35,696 nt of DNA from a bacterium (GCA_021158045.1 JAGGVK010000053.1:1-35696), one strand, 5' to 3'. Shown: positions 26,698 to 35,696, counted from the stretch's first letter. The notes: generated by a model not told the origin, from the letters alone. Translations and numbers: made by a program.

Positions 26698-26721
26698 AGT
26701 TTGAACATATATAAATCTAAA

Positions 26722-27483
26722 ATGATTTCTGTCAAATCTAAAAAGGAGATTGAAATAATGAGCGAGGGAGGAAGGTTGTTGGCTGAAATTTTAGACGAGG
26801 TGTCAAAAGAAATTAAGCCAGGAATTACTACTCAAGAATTAGATAAACTAGCGGAGGAACTTATTTTGAAAGCAGGTGCGAAACCTGCTTTTAAAGGATA
26901 CAATGGCTTTCCGAATACCCTTTGTACGTCAGTTAACGAGGTGGTTGTTCACCAAATTCCTTCCCGTTACAAGCTGAAAGAAGGGGATATTATTACCTTA
27001 GATATAGGCCTTGTGTTCAAAGGCTTTTTTAGCGATATGGCAAAAACATATCCGGTGGGCAGAGTTAGCCCGGAAGTTTTAAGGTTGATTCGCGTAACTA
27101 AAAAAGCGCTGAAGTTTGCTATTAAAAAGTCAAGAGAGGGGAATACTTTTGGCGACATTGGAAACACAATACAAAGATATGTTGAGTCTCAGGGGTTTGG
27201 TGTAGTCAGAGAGCTTTGCGGGCATGGTATTGGCAGAAATTTGCATGAAGAGCCCGAGGTTCTAAATTATGGAAAGCGCCATAAAGGGCCCAAAATTAAA
27301 GAGGGAATGACCTTTTGTATTGAACCTATGGTTACTATGGGCGATTGGCATCTCGTGCAGTTTAAAGATGGTTCTGGCTGGAAAACTCGAGATGGTTCTC
27401 TATCTTGCCATTTTGAGCATGAAATAGCTGTAACAAAAAATGGCCCCATTGTTCTAACAGAACTTAAAAAGGCTCTGAAGTGA
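26722..27483 (+). CDS. map: Methionine aminopeptidase type I (true start 26722)
   Basis: CTSVNEVVVH, GDIITLDIG, GHGIG..LHEEP, IEPM and HFEH. Confidence 0.97.
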   Translation: MISVKSKKEIEIMSEGGRLLAEILDEVSKEIKPGITTQELDKLAEELILKAGAKPAFKGYNGFPNTLCTSVNEVVVHQIPSRYKLKEGDIITLDIGLVFKGFFSDMAKTYPVGRVSPEVLRLIRVTKKALKFAIKKSREGNTFGDIGNTIQRYVESQGFGVVRELCGHGIGRNLHEEPEVLNYGKRHKGPKIKEGMTFCIEPMVTMGDWHLVQFKDGSGWKTRDGSLSCHFEHEIAVTKNGPIVLTELKKALK

Positions 27484-27522
27484 GTTCTTAAATCAACAAG
27501 TTTTCTGGCATTTTTTCTCTCT

Positions 27523-28012
27523 GTCGTTACAATGAGCCTTCCTCTCTTGTCATTGCGAGGAGTCTTCCTCTCTTGTCATTGCGAGGAAGGAGCGCAGCGA
27601 CTGACGAAGCAATCTCTTACGCCTGTCATCACAAGAGCTGTAGCATCCCTTAGCCACGAGCGAAGCGTGATGGGACAGGCAGTAAAAATGAAAGATGAAA
27701 AGTGAAAAATGAAAAACTAAAATCTAAAATTAAAAGAAACTTTGCATTTTGAATTGTCATTTTGAGATTTGAGATTTGAGATTTGAGATTTAACTGGGGT
27801 TCTTCGCTTAACGGCTCAGAATGACAATTGGTAGTTGTTCCATAACGAAGCAATGAGATTGCCGCGTCGTCCCGCCTTCGGCGGAACTCCTCGCAATGAC
27901 AAAAAGGAGCATCATTGTGAGGAACCTCCCTCTCTTGTCATTGCGAGGAAGGAGCGCAGCGACTGACGAAGCAATCTCTTTCCCTCTGTCATCTGAGCGA
28001 AGCGAAGTATCT
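27523..28012. repeat. Composite repeat B: several GTCATTGCGAGG palindromic units, (ATGAAA)-type and (GAGATTT)n arrays
   Basis: 41 bp units at 27574-27614 and 27936-27976; 27791-27909 is the reverse complement of 35560-35678 with 6 mismatches in 119 nt. Confidence 0.92.
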
Positions 28013-28079
28013 CCAGTATTTTATTTTTTAGTAGTTGGTGTATAATAGAATGTGAAAAAGCCTATTTTATAAAGAGAAT

Positions 28080-29189
28080 ATGAAAAATCGCTTTCATCAA
28101 AAAAATTCTAAAAAAACTCATCATCTTAACTCGCGTAAGAAACGAACTCTACAAGAGAATAGCATATCCAAAAGAGCGAATTTTCCATCTGAGCTTCGGT
28201 TTGACCCTATGGGTAGAGACTGGGTGGTAATTGCTACAGGTCGGGCAAAGCGTCCAGAAACTCTCAAATGGGCTGAGCAAACAGAAGAAAAAGTGTCTGA
28301 ATCGGATTGTCCTTTTTGCCATATGGAAACTCAGAAATTTCCTACTTTAATCTTTTCCCATGGCAAGAGAGTTTTGAGGTCTAAAAATGTTCCAAAAAAT
28401 TGGACAACAGTTTCTATTCCTAATAAATTTCCTGCCTTCCAATCCTCAGATTCTTTAGGCGAGAGAAGAGAAGGGCCTTATAAGATAATGAGAGCAGTTG
28501 GTTTCCATGAGGTAGTTATAACTCGCGACCATAAAAGGCATATCGCAAAGTTATCTATATCTGAAATAAAAGAATTAATTGATGTTTATCATTTGAGATA
28601 TTCGTTTTTGATGCGCCAAAAGCGTGTTAATTATGTTTCTATATTCTGTAATCATGGGGTAAGGGCTGGTGCTTCTATTGCCCATCCTCATTCTCAAATT
28701 ATAGCTGTTCCTCTTATTGACTCTGATTTGAGAAAAGCCCTTAATAATGCCAGAGAATATTATAAAATTCATAAGAAATGCGTTTACTGTGTGAGTAATG
28801 ATTGGGAGAGAAAACAAAAGAAAAGGATTGTTTTTGAAAATGAGAAGTTTTTAGCTATTTGCCCTTTTGCTTCTAAATCAGCTTTTGAAGTTATTATTTC
28901 TCCTAAGAAACATTCTTCCCGATTTGACGAGATAACAGAAGAGGAAAAATTTTCTTTGGCTGAAGCTTTTAAAGTTGTTTTATCAAAACTTGACAAGGGA
29001 TTAAATAATCCACCTTATAATTTTTATTTACATAGCGCTCCATGCGATGGTAAAAATTATAACTTTTACCATTGGCACTGGACAATTTTGCCAAAGACAA
29101 CTACCCCTGCCGGCTTCGAATTAGGTGTGAGAATAGAAATTTCTACCATTGAACCAGAAAAAGCGGCAGCGTATCTTAGGAAGCAATAA
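28080..29189 (+). CDS. galT: Galactose-1-phosphate uridylyltransferase (GalT/HIT superfamily)
   Basis: ELRFDP...WVVIA..RAKRP, CPFC, PNKFPA and GASIAHPHSQ catalytic motif. Confidence 0.9.
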   Translation: MKNRFHQKNSKKTHHLNSRKKRTLQENSISKRANFPSELRFDPMGRDWVVIATGRAKRPETLKWAEQTEEKVSESDCPFCHMETQKFPTLIFSHGKRVLRSKNVPKNWTTVSIPNKFPAFQSSDSLGERREGPYKIMRAVGFHEVVITRDHKRHIAKLSISEIKELIDVYHLRYSFLMRQKRVNYVSIFCNHGVRAGASIAHPHSQIIAVPLIDSDLRKALNNAREYYKIHKKCVYCVSNDWERKQKKRIVFENEKFLAICPFASKSAFEVIISPKKHSSRFDEITEEEKFSLAEAFKVVLSKLDKGLNNPPYNFYLHSAPCDGKNYNFYHWHWTILPKTTTPAGFELGVRIEISTIEPEKAAAYLRKQ

Positions 29190-29284
29190 AACAATAAAGG
29201 TAATAAGATAATAAGAAGTTTAATGGTTCAATGGTAGAAATTTCGGTTTCCCCCGTAGTGGACGCCACCCACCCGCCACCCTAA

Positions 29285-29329
29285 CAGCGAGGCGAAGCCC
29301 GCTTTCGTTAAAACTTCAGCGAGGCGAAG
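29285..29329 (+). repeat. 13 bp direct repeat in a GC-rich spacer
   Basis: CAGCGAGGCGAAG at 29285-29297 and 29317-29329; similar to CCCGCTTTAGCGGGACGAAG near 19766-19785. Confidence 0.6.
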
Positions 29330-29354
29330 AGGTTATCATGCATTTAACAATAAT

Positions 29355-30137
29355 ATGATGCCATTAATTATTGCGAATTTAAAGTGTAATCCTTCTACTC
29401 TAAGAGAGGCCAGGCGCCTTTTTATTTCTTTAAAAAAAGGATTGGGAAATATTAGGAAAGCACAAGTTGTTGTTTGTCCTCCTTTTTTATATATTCCAGA
29501 ACTTATTAAAATATTCGGCAGGGCTGGTAAGATAAAATTTGGCGCCCAGGATTGTTTTTGGGAAAAAGAAGGCGCCTTTACAGGAGAAGTTTCTCCTCTT
29601 TCTCTCAAAAGCATTGGAGTAAGCTTTGTTATTTTAGGTCATTCCGAGAGAAGAATAAATTTTGCAGAGAGCGATGAAATGATAAATAAAAAATTAAAAG
29701 CAGCATTATCTGTGGGTCTTTTGCCTATTTTGTGCGTTGGGGAGACGAAAAAGGAAAGGAGAGAGGGAAGAACTTTTCAAGTTTTGAAGAAGGAACTCCG
29801 AGTTGGCTTAAAAGGCGTTTCTGCCAAAAACGCTTCAAAAATAATCTTGGCTTACGAACCAATTTGGGCTATTGGGTCGGGAAAGCCCTGTGAGCTAAAT
29901 GAGATTATAGTAGAGGTGCTTTCCATAAGAAAAATTATTGCTGCTTTGTATAGAAAGAAAGTTGCCAGAGAAGTAAAAGTAGTTTATGGGGGCAGTATTG
30001 ATGCAGAGAATATATCTAAATATAGCACTGACTCTAATTTACAAGGTTTTTTGATAGGGGGGGCTTCTTTGAACTCTCGGGAGTTTATGAAAATTGTTGG
30101 AACAATAGTTAAAAAAAATTCGGATTTTAACTTTTGA
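29355..30137 (+). CDS. tpiA: Triosephosphate isomerase
   Basis: ANLK, GAFTGEVS, GHSERR, AYEPIWAIG, YGGS and GGASL. Confidence 0.97.
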   Translation: MMPLIIANLKCNPSTLREARRLFISLKKGLGNIRKAQVVVCPPFLYIPELIKIFGRAGKIKFGAQDCFWEKEGAFTGEVSPLSLKSIGVSFVILGHSERRINFAESDEMINKKLKAALSVGLLPILCVGETKKERREGRTFQVLKKELRVGLKGVSAKNASKIILAYEPIWAIGSGKPCELNEIIVEVLSIRKIIAALYRKKVAREVKVVYGGSIDAENISKYSTDSNLQGFLIGGASLNSREFMKIVGTIVKKNSDFNF

Positions 30138-30150
30138 ATTTACTAGAGAT

Positions 30151-30669
30151 ATGCCAAATATTGAAAAAGGCAGTTTTTACAATCCTACTCTTGGTAAAAT
30201 AAGTTTTGCTCGTGTCTGTCAGGAAATTCTCAATTATATGTTAGAGAAGCCTGATAGATTTTATGAAGTCGTAGTTGGATGCGATTCTTCTTCAGAAGAA
30301 ACACCTTCTTTTCCAGTGGCTATTGTTGTTTTGAGAGTTGGAGAAGGGGGAAGGTTTTTTCTGCGCAAAATTATAAGGTTTAACAAAGGAAAGAAGGTTT
30401 TTCATAATTTTCATCAGAGAATATTGCAAGAAATTTTATTGTCTTGTGAAATAGGATTATCTTTACGAGAGAAGTTGACTGAGAAAATTAACTCTTCGCA
30501 CAAGGAGTTGAATTACCAGTTTCGTTATATCCACGCTGATATTGGTGAAAATGGCCCTACTCGAGATATGATAAAAGAGGTTATTGGATTAATTCAAAGC
30601 AATGGTTTTGAAGCAAAAATAAAACCAGAATCCTTTGCAGCTTCAATAGTGGCTGACCGTTTTACCTGA
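30151..30669 (+). CDS. RNase H-like YkuK/DUF458 family protein
   Basis: VVVGCDS, RILQE...S, IHADIG.NGPT and IKPESFAAS.VADR. Confidence 0.8.
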   Translation: MPNIEKGSFYNPTLGKISFARVCQEILNYMLEKPDRFYEVVVGCDSSSEETPSFPVAIVVLRVGEGGRFFLRKIIRFNKGKKVFHNFHQRILQEILLSCEIGLSLREKLTEKINSSHKELNYQFRYIHADIGENGPTRDMIKEVIGLIQSNGFEAKIKPESFAASIVADRFT

Positions 30670-30769
30670 TTTTTAGGATTGCAAAGTTTTAGTAGAAGAT
30701 AAATGTTTGAAGAAGCTCTCAGCTTCTTTATTTTTTACGAAAATAAATTATACTGAATATGAAGCAAAA

Positions 30770-32659
30770 ATGACATCCAAAGAATTACGAAAAAGATTCC
30801 TAAATTTCTTTAAACAAAGAGGGCATAAGATTATTCCTTCAAGCTCTTTAATTCCTTTGTCTTCGACAGTTCTTTTCACATCTGCGGGTATGCAGCAGCT
30901 TTTGCCTTATTTATCAGGAGAAAAAGATGTGGTAAAAGATTTTGGCACACGGCATTTAGCTTCTTATCAAAAATGTCTTCGCACGGGTGATATTGAACTT
31001 ATAGGTGATGATACACACAATACTTTTTTCGAGATGCTGGGAAATTGGTCGATTGGGCAGGATGAAAAAGGAGAATATTTTAAAGAGAAAGCTATTAATT
31101 ATGCTTTGAATTTTTTCTGTGATGTTTTAGGGTTAAAAAGAGAGCGCTTATGGGTAACTGTTTTTAGCGGAGCAAAAAATATTCCCCCAGACAAGGAGTC
31201 TTTTGAAATATGGAAGAAATATGGGATACTCCCTTCTCATATTAGAAGTTTTGGTATGACGGATAATTTTTGGGGACCGGTTACAAAAGAAGGCCCTTGC
31301 GGCCCATGCACGGAGATTCATTATGATAGGGGGGAAGAATATGGTTGCGGTTATCCTGACTGTGGGCCTAATTGTCCTCGATGCCAGAGATTTGTAGAGC
31401 TGTGGAATTTGGTTTTTATGGAATATAATAAAAAGTTGAAAACCAAGAATTCTTACAATAGAACCATAGCGTTAAAACAGGCCTCTGAAAGTTTCCAATA
31501 CGAAAAACTGCCTCAAAAAAATGTTGATACTGGCATAGGCTTTGAAAGGCTGGCAGCCGTTTTAGAAGGGAAGCCTTCGGTTTATGAAACAGACATTTTT
31601 TGGCCGATTATTCAAGAGATAGAAAAGAAGTCTCCTGTAAATTATTTACAGCAAAAGAGAGTGTTTAGAATTTTAGCCGACCATTTGAGAGCTATAGTTT
31701 TTTTGGTTTCAGAAGGTGTTGTGCCAAGCAATTTAGATAGAGGGTATGTTTTAAGAAGAATTTTGCGCCGTATGATTAGATATTCTACTTTGCTCTTGCT
31801 TAAGGGAGTTTGGTATGCGGATTGTTTGAAGAGAATAGGAGAATATTACGAGGGAATCTATCCTAGCCTTCTCCAAAATGAAGAGAGGGTTATTACGGTT
31901 ATTGAAAATGAGAGAGAACAATTTGAAAGAACATTGCAAAAGGGGATGAAGCAGTTTAAGAAATTGATAGAATTTAAGCTCAAAAATGGAAAGCCAAAAA
32001 TTATTAGGGGAGAAGAAGCCTTCGAACTTTATGAGACTTATGGTTTTCCTCTTGAGCTGACTGTGCAATTAGCCCAAGAGAAAAATTTTTCGGTGGAGAG
32101 AGAAAACTTTTGGAAAACTTTTAAGGAACACCAGGAAATCTCTCGCCGGGGGGCGGAGAAGAAATTTGGAGGGCATGGAATAGAGAAAATACAAAGCAAA
32201 GAGGAAAAGATAAAAATTACAAAACTTCACACAGCCACCCATCTATTGCAAGCTGCTTTGAGAAAAGTTTTGGGTTCTCAAGTTAAACAGCAAGGTTCTG
32301 ATATTAATGAAGAGAGATTGCGGTTTGATTTCTCTTTTAATAGAAAGCTGACCGGCAAAGAACTTAAAGAGGTTGAGAATTTAGTAAATGAAAAAATAAA
32401 AGAGAACTTAGCGGTTAAATTTGATAAATTGCCGTTAGAAGAAGCTTTGAGATCTGGAGCTTTGGCTTTTTTTCGAGAAAAATACCCTTCAGTTGTTAAG
32501 GTTTATACTATTTTTAACCCAGAAACAAAAGAAGTTTTTTCTAAGGAGATATGCGCTGGTCCCCATGTGCGCACAACATCTCAATTAGGGCATTTTAAGA
32601 TTTTAAAAGAACAATCTTCAGAAAGGGGAGTAAGGAGAATTCGGGCTACTTTAGAGTAG
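30770..32659 (+). CDS. alaS: Alanine--tRNA ligase, short form (true start 30770)
   Basis: LFTSAGMQ, HNTFFEMLGNWS, GPCGPCTEI, VDTGIGFERL and editing motifs HTATH and CAGPH; ends at GVRRIRA. Confidence 0.97.
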   Translation: MTSKELRKRFLNFFKQRGHKIIPSSSLIPLSSTVLFTSAGMQQLLPYLSGEKDVVKDFGTRHLASYQKCLRTGDIELIGDDTHNTFFEMLGNWSIGQDEKGEYFKEKAINYALNFFCDVLGLKRERLWVTVFSGAKNIPPDKESFEIWKKYGILPSHIRSFGMTDNFWGPVTKEGPCGPCTEIHYDRGEEYGCGYPDCGPNCPRCQRFVELWNLVFMEYNKKLKTKNSYNRTIALKQASESFQYEKLPQKNVDTGIGFERLAAVLEGKPSVYETDIFWPIIQEIEKKSPVNYLQQKRVFRILADHLRAIVFLVSEGVVPSNLDRGYVLRRILRRMIRYSTLLLLKGVWYADCLKRIGEYYEGIYPSLLQNEERVITVIENEREQFERTLQKGMKQFKKLIEFKLKNGKPKIIRGEEAFELYETYGFPLELTVQLAQEKNFSVERENFWKTFKEHQEISRRGAEKKFGGHGIEKIQSKEEKIKITKLHTATHLLQAALRKVLGSQVKQQGSDINEERLRFDFSFNRKLTGKELKEVENLVNEKIKENLAVKFDKLPLEEALRSGALAFFREKYPSVVKVYTIFNPETKEVFSKEICAGPHVRTTSQLGHFKILKEQSSERGVRRIRATLE

Positions 32660-32684
32660 TTATATTTTATGTTAAAATAAACAT

Positions 32685-33890
32685 ATGAGTTCTATTTTTT
32701 CTAAAATCTTTTCTAAAAAACAACCTTCTCAAAACATTTTCTCAAAGAAAAATAAGTTTCTTCTTATCAATATAGGCGCCAATCAAATAGAAGGTTTAAT
32801 TTTTAATTCATCTAAGAAGTTTCTTCAAATTATTGATTATAAAATAGAGCCTATAGAATGCTTTGGGGTGTTTGAGTCGCGTGATTTTAACTCAGATGTA
32901 ATTAGAAAAGCATTCTCTGCCCTTTTTGATAACCTAAAAATAAAAAAGGGTGAGTTCTCAAAGGTGCTTGTAGGGTTGCCCCCGGAAATTTTGAAAGCAA
33001 GAATAAGTTATGTAGATTTGCACAGAACAAGAGATAGTATTATAGATGTGAAAGAATCAGAAGATATTTTGCAGTTTGTTTACCAAGAATCAGATAAATT
33101 ATACCACCGCCAAATTTTGGAAAAATACAAAATACTGCCGGAAGATTTTCTTTTTCTGAGGAGGAAAATTTTGGGTATTAAAATTAACGGTTACAAAGTG
33201 CCCGCTATTTTGGGATATAAGGGAAAATTGCTTGAGTTTAGAGTGCTTAGCTTGTTTGGTTTTACTGAACAGGTTAAAAGATATCAGGGATTTCTCAAAG
33301 AATTTGGTTTTCAGGATATTGAGTTCTTTCATGAATCTGAAGGAATTGTTGCTGAACTGAAAAGGGGGCAAAAATTTTTTGGAGTTTTAATTGATATTAA
33401 TTCTTCCAGCACTCAGATTTTTTGGATTAAAAATAGTGCTTTATACTGGATAGGAGATTTTAAGATAGGAGATTCTCTTTTCCAAGAAGCGCTCTCTAAA
33501 CATTTCGGTATGGATAAATCCTTAATAAGTGAATTGGAAGGTAAGTTTCTGGAAGGAAAGGTTAGCAGAGGTTTACAGGAAGAACTCCGAGAACTTTTTG
33601 CTCCCTTGTTTTTCAAATGGGTTACTGGGCTAAAACAAGAACTTGCCTCATTGGAAAAATTGGGTTTTGTGCCTCCTCAAATATTTTTCTTCTGGGGAAA
33701 GAGTGTTGTGCCCATACTTTTCCAATACCTTAAAAAGGATATCGATTGGGGAGGATTGATGTTTTCTAAAAATATGAAGATTTCATTCATATTGCCGCGC
33801 AATTTGCAAGTTAAAGGTCCTACTGCTTGGTTAAAGAATCCAGGCTTTACAAGGACAATATTATTGGCTCGAGCTTCTATTTATGATTAA
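32685..33890 (+). CDS. Degenerate FtsA/actin-like fold protein
   Basis: LLINIGANQI and VLIDINSSSTQI resemble FtsA phosphate-1 and phosphate-2 motifs; KINGYKV...GYKG resembles the FtsA 1C region; FtsA-like length. Confidence 0.6.
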   Translation: MSSIFSKIFSKKQPSQNIFSKKNKFLLINIGANQIEGLIFNSSKKFLQIIDYKIEPIECFGVFESRDFNSDVIRKAFSALFDNLKIKKGEFSKVLVGLPPEILKARISYVDLHRTRDSIIDVKESEDILQFVYQESDKLYHRQILEKYKILPEDFLFLRRKILGIKINGYKVPAILGYKGKLLEFRVLSLFGFTEQVKRYQGFLKEFGFQDIEFFHESEGIVAELKRGQKFFGVLIDINSSSTQIFWIKNSALYWIGDFKIGDSLFQEALSKHFGMDKSLISELEGKFLEGKVSRGLQEELRELFAPLFFKWVTGLKQELASLEKLGFVPPQIFFFWGKSVVPILFQYLKKDIDWGGLMFSKNMKISFILPRNLQVKGPTAWLKNPGFTRTILLARASIYD

Positions 33891-35157
33891 AAAGTTTTTT
33901 GACATTATCCCTCCTGCAAAAATAAAAGAAAGGCCCGCTAAAACAGTTTCTGGAGCCTATCCTGCTTCAAAAAAGAAGCCTTCCTTGAGAAAAAAGAGGT
34001 CTCTTTCAAAGATATTAACATTGGCAATAGCATTGTTGCTGTTTTTTACTGGCCTTGTTTTGTTCTTGAGCTTTAACTCTAAAGCTACTATAGTTTTGAT
34101 GCCATACGAAAATCCTATTGAAGCTGAAAAGATGGTTTCTGCTTCTTCTGAAACTGGTTCATTTAGCCTTGAAAAAGGAATTGTGGAGGCAAAAATTCTA
34201 AAAGTGGAGGAAACTGACATAGACAGATTTTCTTCAACTGGGGAGAAAACAAAAAAAGGAAAGGCGCATGGCGTTTTGCGCATTTATAATAAAGTAACAC
34301 CCTCAAGGAGTATTGTTTTTAGAGCAAACACTCGTTTTTTATCTTCAGAAAATTCAAGAATGTTCATTTGTCCACAAAAAATATATATTCCCGGAAGCTA
34401 TATAAAAGACAAGAAGGTTATGCCAGGAACTGTAGATGTTGAAGTAGAAGCTGTTGAGCCAGGAGAAAGTTACAATATAGCTCCTTCAAAATTTTCTATT
34501 CCTGGGCTTGCGGGCACTTCACTTTATTATAGCGTGTATGCGGAATCAAAATCGCCTTTTTCTGGAGGGTTTACGAAGAAAGTCAAAGTTGTAAGTGAAA
34601 AAGATATTTCTGGAGCCAAAGATATTTTGCAAAAAAGGCTCTTCACAAAAGCTAAGGAGGATTTGGAAAAAAAGGCACCTGATAATTTTAGTTTATCAGA
34701 AGAGTCTATTTTAGAGAGTTCGCCTCAGATATCTTGCCAACAGAAAATTGGAGATGTAAGTGATAGTTTTTTTTGCCAGGGAAGCACAACGATTCAAGCT
34801 ATGGCTTTTAATTCATTCCAGTTAAATGAACTTGCGAAGAATTTTATCCTTTCTAAAGCTTCTCCTGATAAAAAAATTAATGAAAAAAGTATCTCTTTCC
34901 ATTACGATGTGCATCATATGGATATCCAACATAAAAAAGCAGAGCTTCTTCTGAAAGTTTCCGCAAAAACCTACAAAGAGATTGATAGAGAATCATTTTT
35001 TTCAAAGATTAAAGGCAAATCAATTGGAGATGTTAAGAAAATTATCTTTGAAAACTATCCTTGGATTAAAAGTTCAAAAATAAAAGTGTTTCCGTTTTGG
35101 TCACATATTATCCCTAAGGACAAAAATAGAATTTATGTCCAAATTGTTTTAGAATAG
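33883..35157 (+). CDS. Single-pass membrane protein with large extracytoplasmic domain (baseplate J-like similarity possible)
   Basis: FDIIPP N-terminus, basic stretch, one TM helix, then VEA..PG..YNI and FSGG motifs; overlaps the upstream gene by 8 nt. Confidence 0.6.
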   Translation: MIKKFFDIIPPAKIKERPAKTVSGAYPASKKKPSLRKKRSLSKILTLAIALLLFFTGLVLFLSFNSKATIVLMPYENPIEAEKMVSASSETGSFSLEKGIVEAKILKVEETDIDRFSSTGEKTKKGKAHGVLRIYNKVTPSRSIVFRANTRFLSSENSRMFICPQKIYIPGSYIKDKKVMPGTVDVEVEAVEPGESYNIAPSKFSIPGLAGTSLYYSVYAESKSPFSGGFTKKVKVVSEKDISGAKDILQKRLFTKAKEDLEKKAPDNFSLSEESILESSPQISCQQKIGDVSDSFFCQGSTTIQAMAFNSFQLNELAKNFILSKASPDKKINEKSISFHYDVHHMDIQHKKAELLLKVSAKTYKEIDRESFFSKIKGKSIGDVKKIIFENYPWIKSSKIKVFPFWSHIIPKDKNRIYVQIVLE

Positions 35158-35199
35158 CGAGAAGTATATAGAAATTAGCTGCTATTTTGAATATCCCTA

Positions 35200-35696
35200 A
35201 TTGTTATTCTGAGCCGTTAGGCGAAGAACCCCAGTTAAATCTCAAATCTCAAATCTCAAATCTCAAAATCACCCTGAAGCAGAACAAGTTCGCTACAGGG
35301 CAGGCAATTCGAAATTCAAAATTACATAGAAAGTTCTAAATCCGAAATCCCAAACAAAACTAAATGAGAAATCAAAAATCAAAAATCTAAAGGGCGTTGC
35401 TTAGCTAAGCTAAGCAACGCCCAAAGTAGCGCTCCACTCAGGATGACAGAGGAAAAGGGATTGCTTCGTCAGTCGCTTCGCTCCTTCCTCGCAATGACAA
35501 GAGGGAGAATCGCTTCGCTCCTTCCTCGCAATGACAGGGAGGGAGAGAACTGCAATAACCTCCTTTTTGTCATTGCGAGGAGCTCCGCCGAAGGCGGGAC
35601 GACGCGGCAATCTCATAGCTTCGTCATGGAACGACCACCAATTGTCATTCTGAGCCGTTAGGCGAAGAACCCCAGTTAAATCTCAAATCTCAAATC
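35200..35696. repeat. Composite repeat C (runs off the window)
   Basis: TTCTGAGCCGTTAGGCGAAGAACCCCAGTTAAATCTCAAATCTC occurs twice (about 35207 and 35648); contains 41 bp units; inverted homolog of repeat B and same orientation as repeat A. Confidence 0.92.

Noticed and set aside
27523-28012. CRISPR array (also considered for 8181-8460 and 35200-35696)
   Set aside because: No regular repeat-spacer period, units occur in both orientations, and no cas genes are present.
7664-30769. Extended N-termini in the ORF track for rpsL, fusA, rplD, rplX, rplE, rpsH, rplR, map and alaS
   Set aside because: Homology begins at a downstream ATG in each case; starts were corrected in the feature list.
368-34283. 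Numerous minus-strand and alternate-frame ORFs inside conserved genes (for example 2330-2992, 4402-4851, 24972-25295)
   Set aside because: Shadow ORFs of well-supported + strand genes with no recognisable motifs.
27650-35661. ORFs 27650-27853, 35410-35616 and 35443-35661
   Set aside because: They lie wholly within composite repeats and translate to repeat-derived low-complexity peptides.
1-35696. Alternative genetic code (TGA=Gly, code 25)
   Set aside because: TGA ends rplC, rplP, rpsH and map at their expected C-termini, and no conserved gene has an internal TGA.

Overview
AT-rich bacterial chromosome segment, almost all on the + strand, genetic code 11 (TGA is used as a stop). It most likely comes from a Patescibacteria/CPR (Parcubacteria-like) genome: rpmD/uL30 is missing from the spc cluster, AlaRS is the short form, the tRNAs lack an encoded CCA, and few genes have a Shine-Dalgarno motif. 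Gene order: rpsU-ybeY-ftsA-ftsZ-rnpB-lepA-ftsB-like-tRNA-Gly-tRNA-Thr-6S-like ncRNA-(rpmB)-M50 protease, then the str, S10 and spc ribosomal clusters through secY-adk-map, then galT-tpiA-YkuK-like-alaS-FtsA-like-membrane protein. The main observation is a family of about 235-320 bp non-coding structured insertions at the 5' end of fusA, the 3' end of fusA and the 5' end of rplN, with a probable partial fourth copy at the window start. Each starts with GTCGC at the junction and shares a hairpin scaffold. Each carries, at the same scaffold position, a 10-15 nt segment exactly complementary to its own (different) target junction, and each ends in a replacement copy of the interrupted gene end, so the essential gene stays intact. 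At the fusA 3' end the replacement is synonymously recoded. This looks like a programmable, non-autonomous, gene-restoring mobile element; no enzyme for it is encoded in this window. The spacers also hold composite palindromic and heptamer repeats, some of which supply C-termini to ribosomal proteins. All family and product calls come from motif recognition; no database search was run.
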